Positions 38,746 through 47,433 of a DNA stretch of 64,000 bases are shown one piece after another. The DNA is from Rubripirellula sp. (GTDB lineage Bacteria > Planctomycetota > Planctomycetia > Pirellulales > Pirellulaceae). Position numbers and translations under genes: made by a program. Where the stretch lies: positions 3,584,001 to 3,648,000 of the forward strand of contig OZ244207.1 of the NCBI GenBank assembly GCA_965216875.1, in the 5' to 3' direction. The number at the start of each line of letters is the position of its first letter. Within the stretch, counting starts at the first letter, position 1. The notes under the pieces are model-generated. The model was not told where the DNA came from. It did not search any database and worked only from the letters and a program-made list of their open reading frames with translations.

Positions 38746-40425
38746 CTACAGACCGAGCTCGTCTTCGGCGGGTGGCGCTGGGGCTGCGACCGCCTTGGCT
38801 GCCGCGGCTGGTTCCTCACCGCCACCGAGCAAATCTCGCAGCTCGTCATCGGCTGCTGCGTCGGCTGCCTTTTTGTTGGCCTTGTCGACCGACCCACCAA
38901 GTGCCTCGATCTCCGCAACAAGCGCTTCGAGGTAGGTCTCACGTTTGTCGAGCGCCGGATCATTCAGCGTTTCGAGCAATACCGCGGTCTTGTCGACCCA
39001 AGCTTCGATCTTTGCTTTGTCGGCATCATCGACCATCGCAAGCATTCCGCCTGGCGTTGAGGGCATTCCCGAGGTTGGCTTGCCGGTGACACCGAGGTGG
39101 ATTTGCTGAATGACATGATTGAGCTTGCGGCGCGAGGCGATGACCTCGGGCGGCTGAGGATTGGTGATGGTTCCGATTCCTCCGGGGCCCTCACCACCCA
39201 TCATCATCATCATCATCATGTTTTCCTGTTCCATGTAATCGGCATCGGACGGCCCTTCCATCATTTCGCCGTCGCCACCCATCATGGCCATCATCATCGC
39301 TTCCGCGTTTTCTGGACCGCCCATCATGCTCGGCCCCTTCTTTTCGGGCTCGCGTTTGTTGCGCAAAAACTCGCCGGGTGTCGGTGGCTGAAGCTTGGCC
39401 TTCGGAATGCGTTTGAGGGCTTCCAGACGGGCAACCTCTGATTGAAAAGCTTCCACAATTCGGCCCGACCATGCGTCCAAAACCTGATCCGTGTTCTTCA
39501 CTTGCCCTTTCATCGTCTCGCCCATCGTCCCGAGTTTGGCGACCGAATAGAGCGCGATTAACGCCGGTTTGTCGCTCTCGGTGCTGATGCTGACCAATTG
39601 AGTTCCCAGCGATGGATCCTCTGGAGCACGCGTCATGTTCAAAATATCGACGGCAAAGCGCTGCAAGTACGCGTGTGCCTCGGGCGAACGTCCGGCTGGG
39701 GGTTCGGCGGCAAGCAAAGCCTTCATCTCGGTTTCGACCTTGGTCTTGTCCGCAGCGGGCAGGTTGCGCAAAAGGGCGTGGCGGCGAATCCCCTGCAGAG
39801 CCGCGGCGCGGACACCATCGGGATTGTTCTCGTCTTCGTAGGCCTTCATCAAAATGGGGAAGGTGTTCGGCAACGGACGGGGCGGCGTCTGTGCAACCTG
39901 GTCAGCCGCAGCGGCGTCGAGCCGACCGAGCACCAAAAGTGCATTGACCCGCGCGGGTGGATGGTAGTTGCCTTGAGCAACCTTGCTCATCCCATCGAAC
40001 ATCCACCTCAAGATCTGCGGAGCCTTGGGGTTCTTGGAACGCTGGGCACGGCTGAGCAAGGCGGAAGCGTTGCCGACCATGTCGCCCATCTCACCAAGCA
40101 TCTTGGGGTCGGTCATCTTGGCTGGCACAAATGTCTCAAAGTACATCTTCGCGAGCACTGGATTGGACTGGCCAACCCCAGCAAAAGCGCGAGCCTGAGT
40201 CTTCATCTTCTTCTGGTTTTCTTCCAGATCGTAGGCCTGATGCAGCTTGATCACGTCATAGCCCTTCTTCGCTGGCTCCTGGCCATTGGCGGAAAGGCAG
40301 GCCAACGCAGCAACGAAAAGGGTCAGCACGAAAGCCACGACGGTGGCCTGACGGCCAGCGTTAGGCCGCGCGGCAGCGACAGCTTGAGAGGGTACGTTCC
40401 ATGTTGGCAGGCTGGTTTGGCTCAT
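38746..40425 (-). CDS. Secreted helical (HEAT-like) hypothetical protein with Met/Gly-rich insert
   Basis: Long ORF with a signal-like segment; ARVNALLVLGRL and VRAAALQGI repeats. Start placed at ATG 40425. Confidence 0.75.
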   Translation of the reverse strand: MSQTSLPTWNVPSQAVAAARPNAGRQATVVAFVLTLFVAALACLSANGQEPAKKGYDVIKLHQAYDLEENQKKMKTQARAFAGVGQSNPVLAKMYFETFVPAKMTDPKMLGEMGDMVGNASALLSRAQRSKNPKAPQILRWMFDGMSKVAQGNYHPPARVNALLVLGRLDAAAADQVAQTPPRPLPNTFPILMKAYEDENNPDGVRAAALQGIRRHALLRNLPAADKTKVETEMKALLAAEPPAGRSPEAHAYLQRFAVDILNMTRAPEDPSLGTQLVSISTESDKPALIALYSVAKLGTMGETMKGQVKNTDQVLDAWSGRIVEAFQSEVARLEALKRIPKAKLQPPTPGEFLRNKREPEKKGPSMMGGPENAEAMMMAMMGGDGEMMEGPSDADYMEQENMMMMMMMGGEGPGGIGTITNPQPPEVIASRRKLNHVIQQIHLGVTGKPTSGMPSTPGGMLAMVDDADKAKIEAWVDKTAVLLETLNDPALDKRETYLEALVAEIEALGGSVDKANKKAADAAADDELRDLLGGGEEPAAAAKAVAAPAPPAEDELGL

Positions 40426-40650
40426 GCACTTCACCTTCGGAGCAGGACCGTGAAAACGGACTCGACGGGAGATGTCGATCGGAAAAGACAAGACATGCCT
40501 CGATTATCTCCGAAACCCCCGCATTCCGTCAAACAAAATCGGCAAACGGAGAGACGGAATTGGTGCGGAAGCGACGATTATCCGCATTTTTGCCCCTCAG
40601 ATTGCCGCGTTTGGGCGAGCCGCGACGCTTGCAGCCCCAAAAGCACGATT

Positions 40651-40984
40651 GTGAGCCGCACGCGCTAGCGTCGGGCCCTACGAAAACCGGCCCACCGTGC
40701 TCCGACAATCACCCTCCCGCTTGCGGGAGGGTCGGACGCAAAGTCTGGGGAGGGAATGAGTTTCGAAAACAAACCCTCTCCGGGCCTTAGAGCCCGACTC
40801 TCCCAAGGGAGAGTGTTGAATTCGAAGCGTGGTGGAAGCGCAATTGCAATCCGCAGCACTAGCGCGTGCGGCTCACGGGCTGGGGACGCGGAGCGTCCGA
40901 AGAGTGCGTTACCACGCGGAGCGGGGTAACGAGGTCTGAATCGAAAGAGTGTGGGGCCCGACGCTAGCGCGTGCGGCTCACGGG
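40651..40984. repeat. Mosaic repeat cluster: family D-like arms, family C (reverse) and a further palindromic unit
   Basis: GTGAGCCGCACGCGCTAGCGTCGGGCCC (40651-40678) inverted at 40954-40981 and partial at 40859; family C at 40708-40816; GGACGCGGAGCGTCC...CGTTACCACGCGGAGCGGGGTAACGAG at ~40884-40933. Confidence 0.85.
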
Positions 40985-40989
40985 CCGGT

Positions 40990-42288
40990 TCACACCAGTT
41001 TGTACTTGCCTGGCTGAGGCACGCTCACCTCGGGCGCGTCGCCCCAGCTGTATTCGGCCGGGCGCAGATCCTGCTTGCTCTCGGCGACCTCTTTGTAGGT
41101 CAGCCGCCGTCCGCTGTAGCAGACTTCGCGGCCCAAAATCGCCATCAGCGTGCTTCGACACATGTAGCTGCCGTTGTTGATCCTGGGTCGATCACCGCGG
41201 ATCGCTTTGAAAAACTCATTCTGCTCGGCTTGATGCATCTGCACCGAGTCGCCTTCAAACTTCCACGGTTTGTCGCCGTAGACCTGGTGTTTGATCAGTT
41301 TGGCGTGTCCGGCCGAACCGTAGACATAGTCTTCGGTCTGGTTGAAACAGCCTGACATTTGCCGAGTCTGGGCGTACGTCCTTGTTCCGTCGGCCCATTC
41401 GTAGACGATCGAGAAATGATCGTAGACATCGCCCTGGGTCGCGTCACTTCGACGTTGCCTTCCGCCGATGCCATAGGCGTTCGTGGGTGGCTCGTCGTTG
41501 CGCAGCCAAAGGGCTTTGTCGAGGCTGTGAATGAACTGTTCGACGATGTGATCGCCCGAAAGCCAATTGAAGTAGTACCAATTGCGGCACTGGTATTCCA
41601 TTTGGCTTTCCCCTGGCCGGCGCGGACGAACCCAGACAGGATTGGTCAGGTAGTCCGCCTGGGTCGAGACGATTCGGCCGATCGCTCCCGATTGGATTTG
41701 GCCAATCGTTTGCTTGAGCCCCTCGTCATAGCGCCAACAAAGGCCACTGACGACATTCAATCGCTTCTCATCGGCCAGCCGGCATGCTGCTTCGACTCTT
41801 CGCACGCCCGTCGCATCGGTTGCCACCGGTTTTTCACAGAAGATTTCTTTGCCCGCATCGACGGCTGCCTCGATATGGTCAGGGCGGTAATGTGGCGGCG
41901 AAGCCAAAAGAACAACATCGACATCCGAGGCGAGCAGTTCCTTGTAGGCATCGAACCCGACGAAACAGGTCTCGTCGGTGACCTCAAACTGGTCTTTGGT
42001 TTTCGGATTCCTGCTCAGCGATCGACGGCAATTGACGATCGACGACTCAAACAGATCGGCCAAAGCAACGATTCTCACATCCGGATCGGCCTGCATCGCG
42101 TTGATCGCAGCACCGCTTCCGCGCCCACCACAACCAACCAATCCGACTCGGATTCGCGAAGTGTCCGACGCGTGGACCCAGGGGGCGGAAAGAGTGATTG
42201 CACTTGTCCCAGCGGCCGTTCGCATGAGAAAACTACGGCGAGACGTTGATGATTGCGTGCTAGACGGTGAAGATTGTTTACTGTTCAC
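40990..42288 (-). CDS. Gfo/Idh/MocA family oxidoreductase, Tat-exported
   Basis: SRRSFL Tat motif, GLVGCGGRG, IFCEKPVA, SGDHIVEQFIH. GTG start at 42288 after SD AAGGA. Confidence 0.92.
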   Translation of the reverse strand: MNSKQSSPSSTQSSTSRRSFLMRTAAGTSAITLSAPWVHASDTSRIRVGLVGCGGRGSGAAINAMQADPDVRIVALADLFESSIVNCRRSLSRNPKTKDQFEVTDETCFVGFDAYKELLASDVDVVLLASPPHYRPDHIEAAVDAGKEIFCEKPVATDATGVRRVEAACRLADEKRLNVVSGLCWRYDEGLKQTIGQIQSGAIGRIVSTQADYLTNPVWVRPRRPGESQMEYQCRNWYYFNWLSGDHIVEQFIHSLDKALWLRNDEPPTNAYGIGGRQRRSDATQGDVYDHFSIVYEWADGTRTYAQTRQMSGCFNQTEDYVYGSAGHAKLIKHQVYGDKPWKFEGDSVQMHQAEQNEFFKAIRGDRPRINNGSYMCRSTLMAILGREVCYSGRRLTYKEVAESKQDLRPAEYSWGDAPEVSVPQPGKYKLV

Positions 42289-42455
42289 GTCAATTCCTTG
42301 CGACGATCGGGCGTGTCGAAGTCGACCTGGTAGGTCGAAAGGCAGGGCCCAGGAAAAATCCAGGGCACAGCTCAAAGGCGGGGAAGTGAAGGGCAGTAGC
42401 CGAGACGTCATGCATCATCGGCGAGATGGACCATCACGGAAGGACAGTCTACCCC

Positions 42456-43439
42456 ATGCCCCAATCCCGCAAGCCCCAGTCGCGTCGTGATCGCCCTGCC
42501 AAGGGTGGTCGTGCCGGCTCAAGAATCTTGGGGGCCCAAAAACGGCGCGGCTCGGTGAAGGCCAACGCCAAACGCCAAGCGACGGCAGGCACCGGTGGAT
42601 CGGCAGTAGCGGTTGCCGCTCGCAAACCAAAACAAACCAAGCCCAAACGTCGGATCGTCCCGCGCGATCGCAATTGGCTCGGCAAACTTGCTCGCGAAGT
42701 CTCAACCACCCGTTTTCCGGCCAAAGAAGTCGCCGCACGCCAACGGGAAATCTACAACAACACGCTCTTGCTCAGCCGTTCGATCAGCCAACCCAATTTC
42801 GATCGCATGGGCCGTGATGACTTGGTGCGAATGATTCGAATGTACGACGACCTCTTTTTTGGCGGCCGCATCTTGCCGACCGCTGAAGCCGAGGGACTGT
42901 CGTTCGGTTTGTCCTCACGGATGACTCGCATCGCCGGGAAACTTGTCACGCACTATCCCCAAGGCAACCACGACGGGCTCAGAAAATTTGAGCTCGTTCT
43001 TTCATCGACGCTGCTGTTTCAAACCTTTGAAGATGATGTTGATCGGCCCGTCGAAGTCACCGGTCGGCTTTGCCGCGATCGTCTCGAAGCGATGCAACGA
43101 GTCGCCGAACACGAATTGGTGCACTTGGTCGAAATGCTGATTTGGAACGACGGCAATTGCAGCGAGGCGCGATTTCAATCCATTGCCAATCGATATTTCG
43201 GACACACCGACTATCGCCACGATCTGATCACACAGCGCGAACGCGCCCTGGCCAAATTCAACATCCGCGTCGGTGACAACGTGCGGTTTGCTCACGAAGG
43301 CAAGTTCTTGAAAGGGCGGGTCAATCGCATCACGCGACGAGCCACCGTACTGGTCCCGAGTCAAGCGGGCGAAAGGTTCAGCGATGGCGAGCGATACCAA
43401 CGCTTCTATGTGCCGCTTGAACGACTGCAGAAGTCTTGA
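42456..43439 (+). CDS. SprT-like zinc metalloprotease domain protein with basic N-terminus
   Basis: YDDLFFGG, SSRMTRIAGK, HELVH (HExxH); C-terminal SH3-like 'VGDNVRF...GRVNRITRRATV'. Start 42426 or 42456. Confidence 0.7.
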   Translation: MPQSRKPQSRRDRPAKGGRAGSRILGAQKRRGSVKANAKRQATAGTGGSAVAVAARKPKQTKPKRRIVPRDRNWLGKLAREVSTTRFPAKEVAARQREIYNNTLLLSRSISQPNFDRMGRDDLVRMIRMYDDLFFGGRILPTAEAEGLSFGLSSRMTRIAGKLVTHYPQGNHDGLRKFELVLSSTLLFQTFEDDVDRPVEVTGRLCRDRLEAMQRVAEHELVHLVEMLIWNDGNCSEARFQSIANRYFGHTDYRHDLITQRERALAKFNIRVGDNVRFAHEGKFLKGRVNRITRRATVLVPSQAGERFSDGERYQRFYVPLERLQKS

Positions 43440-43593
43440 CCAGTTGGAATGCTGATAAGAGAGAACTCAGTGTCAAAATAGAGAAAGGTCCCGAACCCAT
43501 TGGTCGTTGTTGGGATCAAATTTTGATGAATTTATGGAGAATCAGGCGTAATTGGCTTTCTTGAAAAGAATCGCCTGGGGGTAAGATGAGGCC

Positions 43594-43890
43594 ATGCGAG
43601 CGGGCGAATTAGTTATCTACCGAATGAACAAACACTCGGCATCCCCAGGACGTCGAGCGAAAAACCTGCGCCCCAGCGGCGCTGGCGATACCTACTCGTA
43701 CCAAGTCGACAAGTATTGGGTGGTCGTTGATGAGCTAGCCGATGGCCGGCTCGAAATCGCCACGAGAACAGGAAAGCGACGCGTCATCGAGCCGACCGAT
43801 GCCTGCTTGCGACCGGCGAAATGGTGGGAGCGTTGGTGGTACGCCAAGCGTTTCCCGAATCGCCAAGACTTTCTCGCCCAAGCGTCCTAG
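43594..43890 (+). CDS. Small hypothetical protein (98 aa)
   Basis: KHSASPGRRA...YSYQVDKYWVV...TRTGKRRVI...WWERWWY..RFP, a pattern resembling planctomycete hypotheticals; TAAGAT 6 nt upstream of the ATG. Confidence 0.7.
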   Translation: MRAGELVIYRMNKHSASPGRRAKNLRPSGAGDTYSYQVDKYWVVVDELADGRLEIATRTGKRRVIEPTDACLRPAKWWERWWYAKRFPNRQDFLAQAS

Positions 43891-43946
43891 CGGACCAAGC
43901 GTCTTAGCGGACCAAGCGTCTTAGCGGACCAAGCGTCTTAGCGGAC
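43878..43946 (+). repeat. 17-bp tandem repeat x4 (CCAAGCGTCTTAGCGGA)
   Basis: Read directly; the first copy contains the gene's stop codon. Confidence 0.95.
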
Positions 43947-43957
43947 TCGCCCCCCAA

Positions 43958-44020
43958 GTTCGTAGTACCGGCTTTAGCCGGAAGAGTCTGCAGATTCCGC
44001 CTGAAGGCGGGACTACGAAC
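43958..44020. repeat. REP-like family B, complete inverted pair
   Basis: GTTCGTAGTACCGGCTTTAGCCGG...CCGCCTGAAGGCGGGACTACGAAC. Confidence 0.9.
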
Positions 44021-44059
44021 TCCAACTTCGGGCGAAGGCGGCGACGTGAATCGGGACTT

Positions 44060-44171
44060 ACACTCTCCCTTGGGAGAGTCGGGCTCTAAGGCCCGGAGAG
44101 GGTTTGTTACTTGCAGAGATCGTGCCCTCCCCGGACTTTGCGTCCGACCCTCCCGCAAGCGGGAGGGTGAT
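44060..44171 (+). repeat. Family C element
   Basis: Arms near-identical to 37697-37806. Confidence 0.9.
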
Positions 44172-44357
44172 TGTTGGAGCGCTCGTGAATCGGGTTTGCT
44201 GACCAACCGCTCTGCTTGGGGCTTCACGTGCTGCTAGATTCTTGCAGGTACAATTCTTGTGAATTCCGCAACACTTGCGAACTCTTCAGCGATCCGTCAT
44301 CGCCTGATTGACGTAACATCCAGAATTCGTCGAAGAATCCTGTCCGGCCGCAATTGA

Positions 44358-45095
44358 ATGCTCATCGTCGACTCGCTGACCAAAGTCTTTACGCTCGAGA
44401 GCAGTTTGCTGCGCGCGGTCGACGGCCTTTCCTTCCAGATCGCCCCGGGCGAAGTCTACGGGCTACTTGGCCCCAACGGTGCTGGAAAGACCACGACCCT
44501 GCGAATGGTTTTGGGGCTGCTTGAGCCCGACGGCGGATTTGCCGAGGTCGATGGCTTCCGCACGGCCGATGATCCGATCGCGGTCAAGTCTCGGCTCGGT
44601 TTCGTTTCGGCCAACGACGGCGTCTACCCGTGGCTTACGGTTCGCGAGATGCTCCTTTACTTTGCAGACCTTTATGCCGTCGACGCCGATATTGCGGCAA
44701 CGCGGGTCGAGACATTGGCCGAATTGATGGAGATCAAGCCGCTGCTCGAGCGCCGCGCGGGCGCTCTCAGCACAGGACAACGTCAACGGGTCACTTTGGT
44801 TCGCGGGTTGATCCATGATCCGCCCGTGATGCTGCTTGACGAACCGACCCGGGGCCTTGATGTCGTCGGTGTGCAAACGATTTTCGACTACATCAATCAT
44901 TTGCGAGAAGTCGGAAAGGCGGTCGTCGTTTGTACTCACCGATTGGACGAAGCTGAACGCTTGTGTGATCGTTTCGGTCTGCTTCACCGCGGCCAACTTG
45001 AACACGAAGGCACGCTTTCGGAGCTGCAACAATCGACTGGGCGCGACTCACTTGTCGACATGTTTGTCGACCTCTTGAGGAGCGACGCCGAATGA
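44358..45095 (+). CDS. ABC transporter ATP-binding protein (NatA-like)
   Basis: GPNGAGKTT, LSTGQRQRV, LLDEPT, H-loop CTH. Confidence 0.95.
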   Translation: MLIVDSLTKVFTLESSLLRAVDGLSFQIAPGEVYGLLGPNGAGKTTTLRMVLGLLEPDGGFAEVDGFRTADDPIAVKSRLGFVSANDGVYPWLTVREMLLYFADLYAVDADIAATRVETLAELMEIKPLLERRAGALSTGQRQRVTLVRGLIHDPPVMLLDEPTRGLDVVGVQTIFDYINHLREVGKAVVVCTHRLDEAERLCDRFGLLHRGQLEHEGTLSELQQSTGRDSLVDMFVDLLRSDAE

Positions 45096-47221
45096 GCAAC
45101 TCAGGTTTGCACGGCCGAATCTTTCGTTTGTGCCAAAAGGAACTCAAAGAAACAGGACGTGATCGACGAACGATCATGACGCTGTTGCTGATGCCGCTGC
45201 TGGTCTACCCGCTGCTGAGCATGGCACTGAACCGGTTTCTGTTATCGGCCGGCGCACCCGAGGGCGAAAGCTACGTCATCGGCGTCGCCGACGACGCAGC
45301 AGGCAAGTACCTGAACTTTGTGTTGGGCGATCCGCTCAACCTGCCTCCTGACGAAGTGCTGCAGGCCAATGGCGGTGAACTTGCCAAGTTCAACATCGTG
45401 ATCACCGATGCCGCCGAAAACGAATTGCAGCTTTCCCCCGTCGAGGCGCTCAAACAAAACACCATTGATGTTGCTGCCGAGATTACGCCCTCCAACGGCA
45501 CGACCGACATCAAGCTGTACGCCTATCGCGGTGACATCGCCAGCGAAAACGCGCGTCGAATCCTCGTCGAACGTTTGCAGTGGTACAAACTTGCCCACGC
45601 CAGAGCAGTGTCTCAGCAAGTGGTTCGTGATTACTCGCCGCCGGTCAAAGTCGCGATTGGTGACGTGGGCGAAATTGAAGAAACACCGCTGCTGGCGACC
45701 ATCGTGCCACTGGTGCTTGTCCTGATGACCATCACCGGCGCGGTCTACCCCGCGATCGACCTGACCGCGGGCGAACGAGAACGTGGGACGATGGAGTCGC
45801 TTATGGCCTCGCCCGTGCCTCGATTCTATGTGCTGTTCGCAAAGTACGTCGCGGTGGTGATTGTTGCGTTGCTGACGGCGATCGCCAATCTGTTGGCCAT
45901 GTTCACGACGCTAACGTTCAGTGGGTTGCTGCCAATGTTGACCGGCAGCGACGCGTTCCCCTGGCTGGCCGTGCTGCAGATCCTTGGCCTCCTGGTGCTC
46001 TTCTCAGCCTTCTTTTCGGCCGTCCTCCTGTCGCTGACCAGTTTCGCCAAGTCATTCAAAGAGGCCCAGGCGTACCTGATTCCGGTGATGCTTCTGTCAT
46101 TGGCCCCCGCCATGCTCTCACTGATGCCGGGCGTCACCCTTGGCGGAGCGATGGCGATCGCCCCACTGATCAACATCGTCATTCTCGCCCGGGACGTCCT
46201 CTCCAGTTCGGTCCAACCGGCATCCGCGCTTGCCGCGATTGTGAGCACCGTTGCTTATGCCGGCGCCGCACTCGGTATCGCTGCACGCCTTTTCGGCAGC
46301 GACGCCGTCACCCGTACAAGCGAACAATCGATTGGTTCCTTGTTCCGACGCCCTCAAACGGCTCGCGATGTCCCGACACCACAAGCAGCAACATTGATGC
46401 TGGCCTTGCTGGTACCGATCTACTTTGTCGTTTCAAACGCATTGATCCAGTTGATCAAATCAAATTCGGAGTCGCTTTCAGCGTCGATGCAACTGTGCAT
46501 GAACATGACAGCACTTGCGGCAACCTTTGGCGGCGTGCCACTGATTGCCGCTTGGCTGGGACGCAACCGATTCTTAACGACGTTCCGGTTCCGCTGGGCG
46601 CCGATCCTCAGCTTCGTCGGCGCGTGTATGGTTGGACTTGGCGCCTGGGTAGCCGCTCACGAGGCGCTCGTCATCGCTCAGAGCTTTGGTATCGGCGGCC
46701 TCGATGAAGACCGCATCGAACAAATCCTCAAGTCGGTCGATCGGATGCGGGAAGCTCCCTCACCGCTTGTGTTGGTCGCACTCGCTTTGACCCCAGCAGT
46801 GATCGAGGAACTCTGTTTTCGCGGCTACCTGTTTTCGGCACTTTCAAAAGTCCTGTCACCGGGACGCGTGATCGTGATCACCGCAATTCTGTTTGGGCTC
46901 TTCCACGTCCTGACCGGAAACGCCCTCCTCATCGAACGGTTCATTCCCACCACGCTGATGGGATTGATCCTCGGTTGGGTTGCCTACCGCACCGGAAGCG
47001 TGATCCCAGGGATGATCGTGCATCTTGTCCATAACGGGCTTTTGAACCTCGTGATCTACTACCACGAAAAGATCGGCTGGTTCGGTCCCGAGTTTGACGA
47101 CCAAGCGCACTTGCCCACGACATGGATCATCGGATCAACACTGATCGCCATCGCAGGAGCAGTCCTCATTTGGGCCGCCACCAATCGGCGGTTCCAACCG
47201 ACTAACGAAGGCGCGGATTGA
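45092..47221 (+). CDS. ABC permease (NatB-like) fused to CPBP/Abi intramembrane protease
   Basis: AIDLTAGERERGTMESL, AKSFKEAQAY; CPBP motifs EELCFRGYL, FGLFH and HLVHN; ATGA overlap with the ATPase gene. Confidence 0.9.
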   Translation: MSNSGLHGRIFRLCQKELKETGRDRRTIMTLLLMPLLVYPLLSMALNRFLLSAGAPEGESYVIGVADDAAGKYLNFVLGDPLNLPPDEVLQANGGELAKFNIVITDAAENELQLSPVEALKQNTIDVAAEITPSNGTTDIKLYAYRGDIASENARRILVERLQWYKLAHARAVSQQVVRDYSPPVKVAIGDVGEIEETPLLATIVPLVLVLMTITGAVYPAIDLTAGERERGTMESLMASPVPRFYVLFAKYVAVVIVALLTAIANLLAMFTTLTFSGLLPMLTGSDAFPWLAVLQILGLLVLFSAFFSAVLLSLTSFAKSFKEAQAYLIPVMLLSLAPAMLSLMPGVTLGGAMAIAPLINIVILARDVLSSSVQPASALAAIVSTVAYAGAALGIAARLFGSDAVTRTSEQSIGSLFRRPQTARDVPTPQAATLMLALLVPIYFVVSNALIQLIKSNSESLSASMQLCMNMTALAATFGGVPLIAAWLGRNRFLTTFRFRWAPILSFVGACMVGLGAWVAAHEALVIAQSFGIGGLDEDRIEQILKSVDRMREAPSPLVLVALALTPAVIEELCFRGYLFSALSKVLSPGRVIVITAILFGLFHVLTGNALLIERFIPTTLMGLILGWVAYRTGSVIPGMIVHLVHNGLLNLVIYYHEKIGWFGPEFDDQAHLPTTWIIGSTLIAIAGAVLIWAATNRRFQPTNEGAD

Positions 47222-47226
47222 CCTTG

Positions 47227-47425
47227 AGAAGATCGGTGCCTGCAAGCACACACCCTACAGCATTTTGACAAAGTAGGGTGCCGTGCTTGCACGCACCAGG
47301 TAACAGAAGCGGCAAGGTGTGCCCGGCGCAATAGAAGATCGGTGCGTGCAAGCACACACCCTACAGCGTCTTGACAAAGTAGGGTGCCGTGCTTGCACGC
47401 ACCAGGTAACAGAAGCGGCAAGGTG
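47227..47425. repeat. Tandem duplication (106-bp period) of a family A REP pair
   Basis: GGTGCGTGCAAGCACACACCCTAC...GTAGGGTGCCGTGCTTGCACGCACC twice, between convergent genes. Confidence 0.9.
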
Positions 47426-47433
47426 CGTGGCCG

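Noticed and set aside
39097..39441. Poly-His metal-binding protein
   Set aside because: It is the antisense reading of the (ATG)n Met run in the real minus-strand gene.
43878..43946. Mini-CRISPR
   Set aside because: Head-to-tail 17-mers with no spacers.
45092..47221. NatB-CPBP fusion as a novel system
   Set aside because: This is an already recognised architecture next to a NatA-like ATPase.
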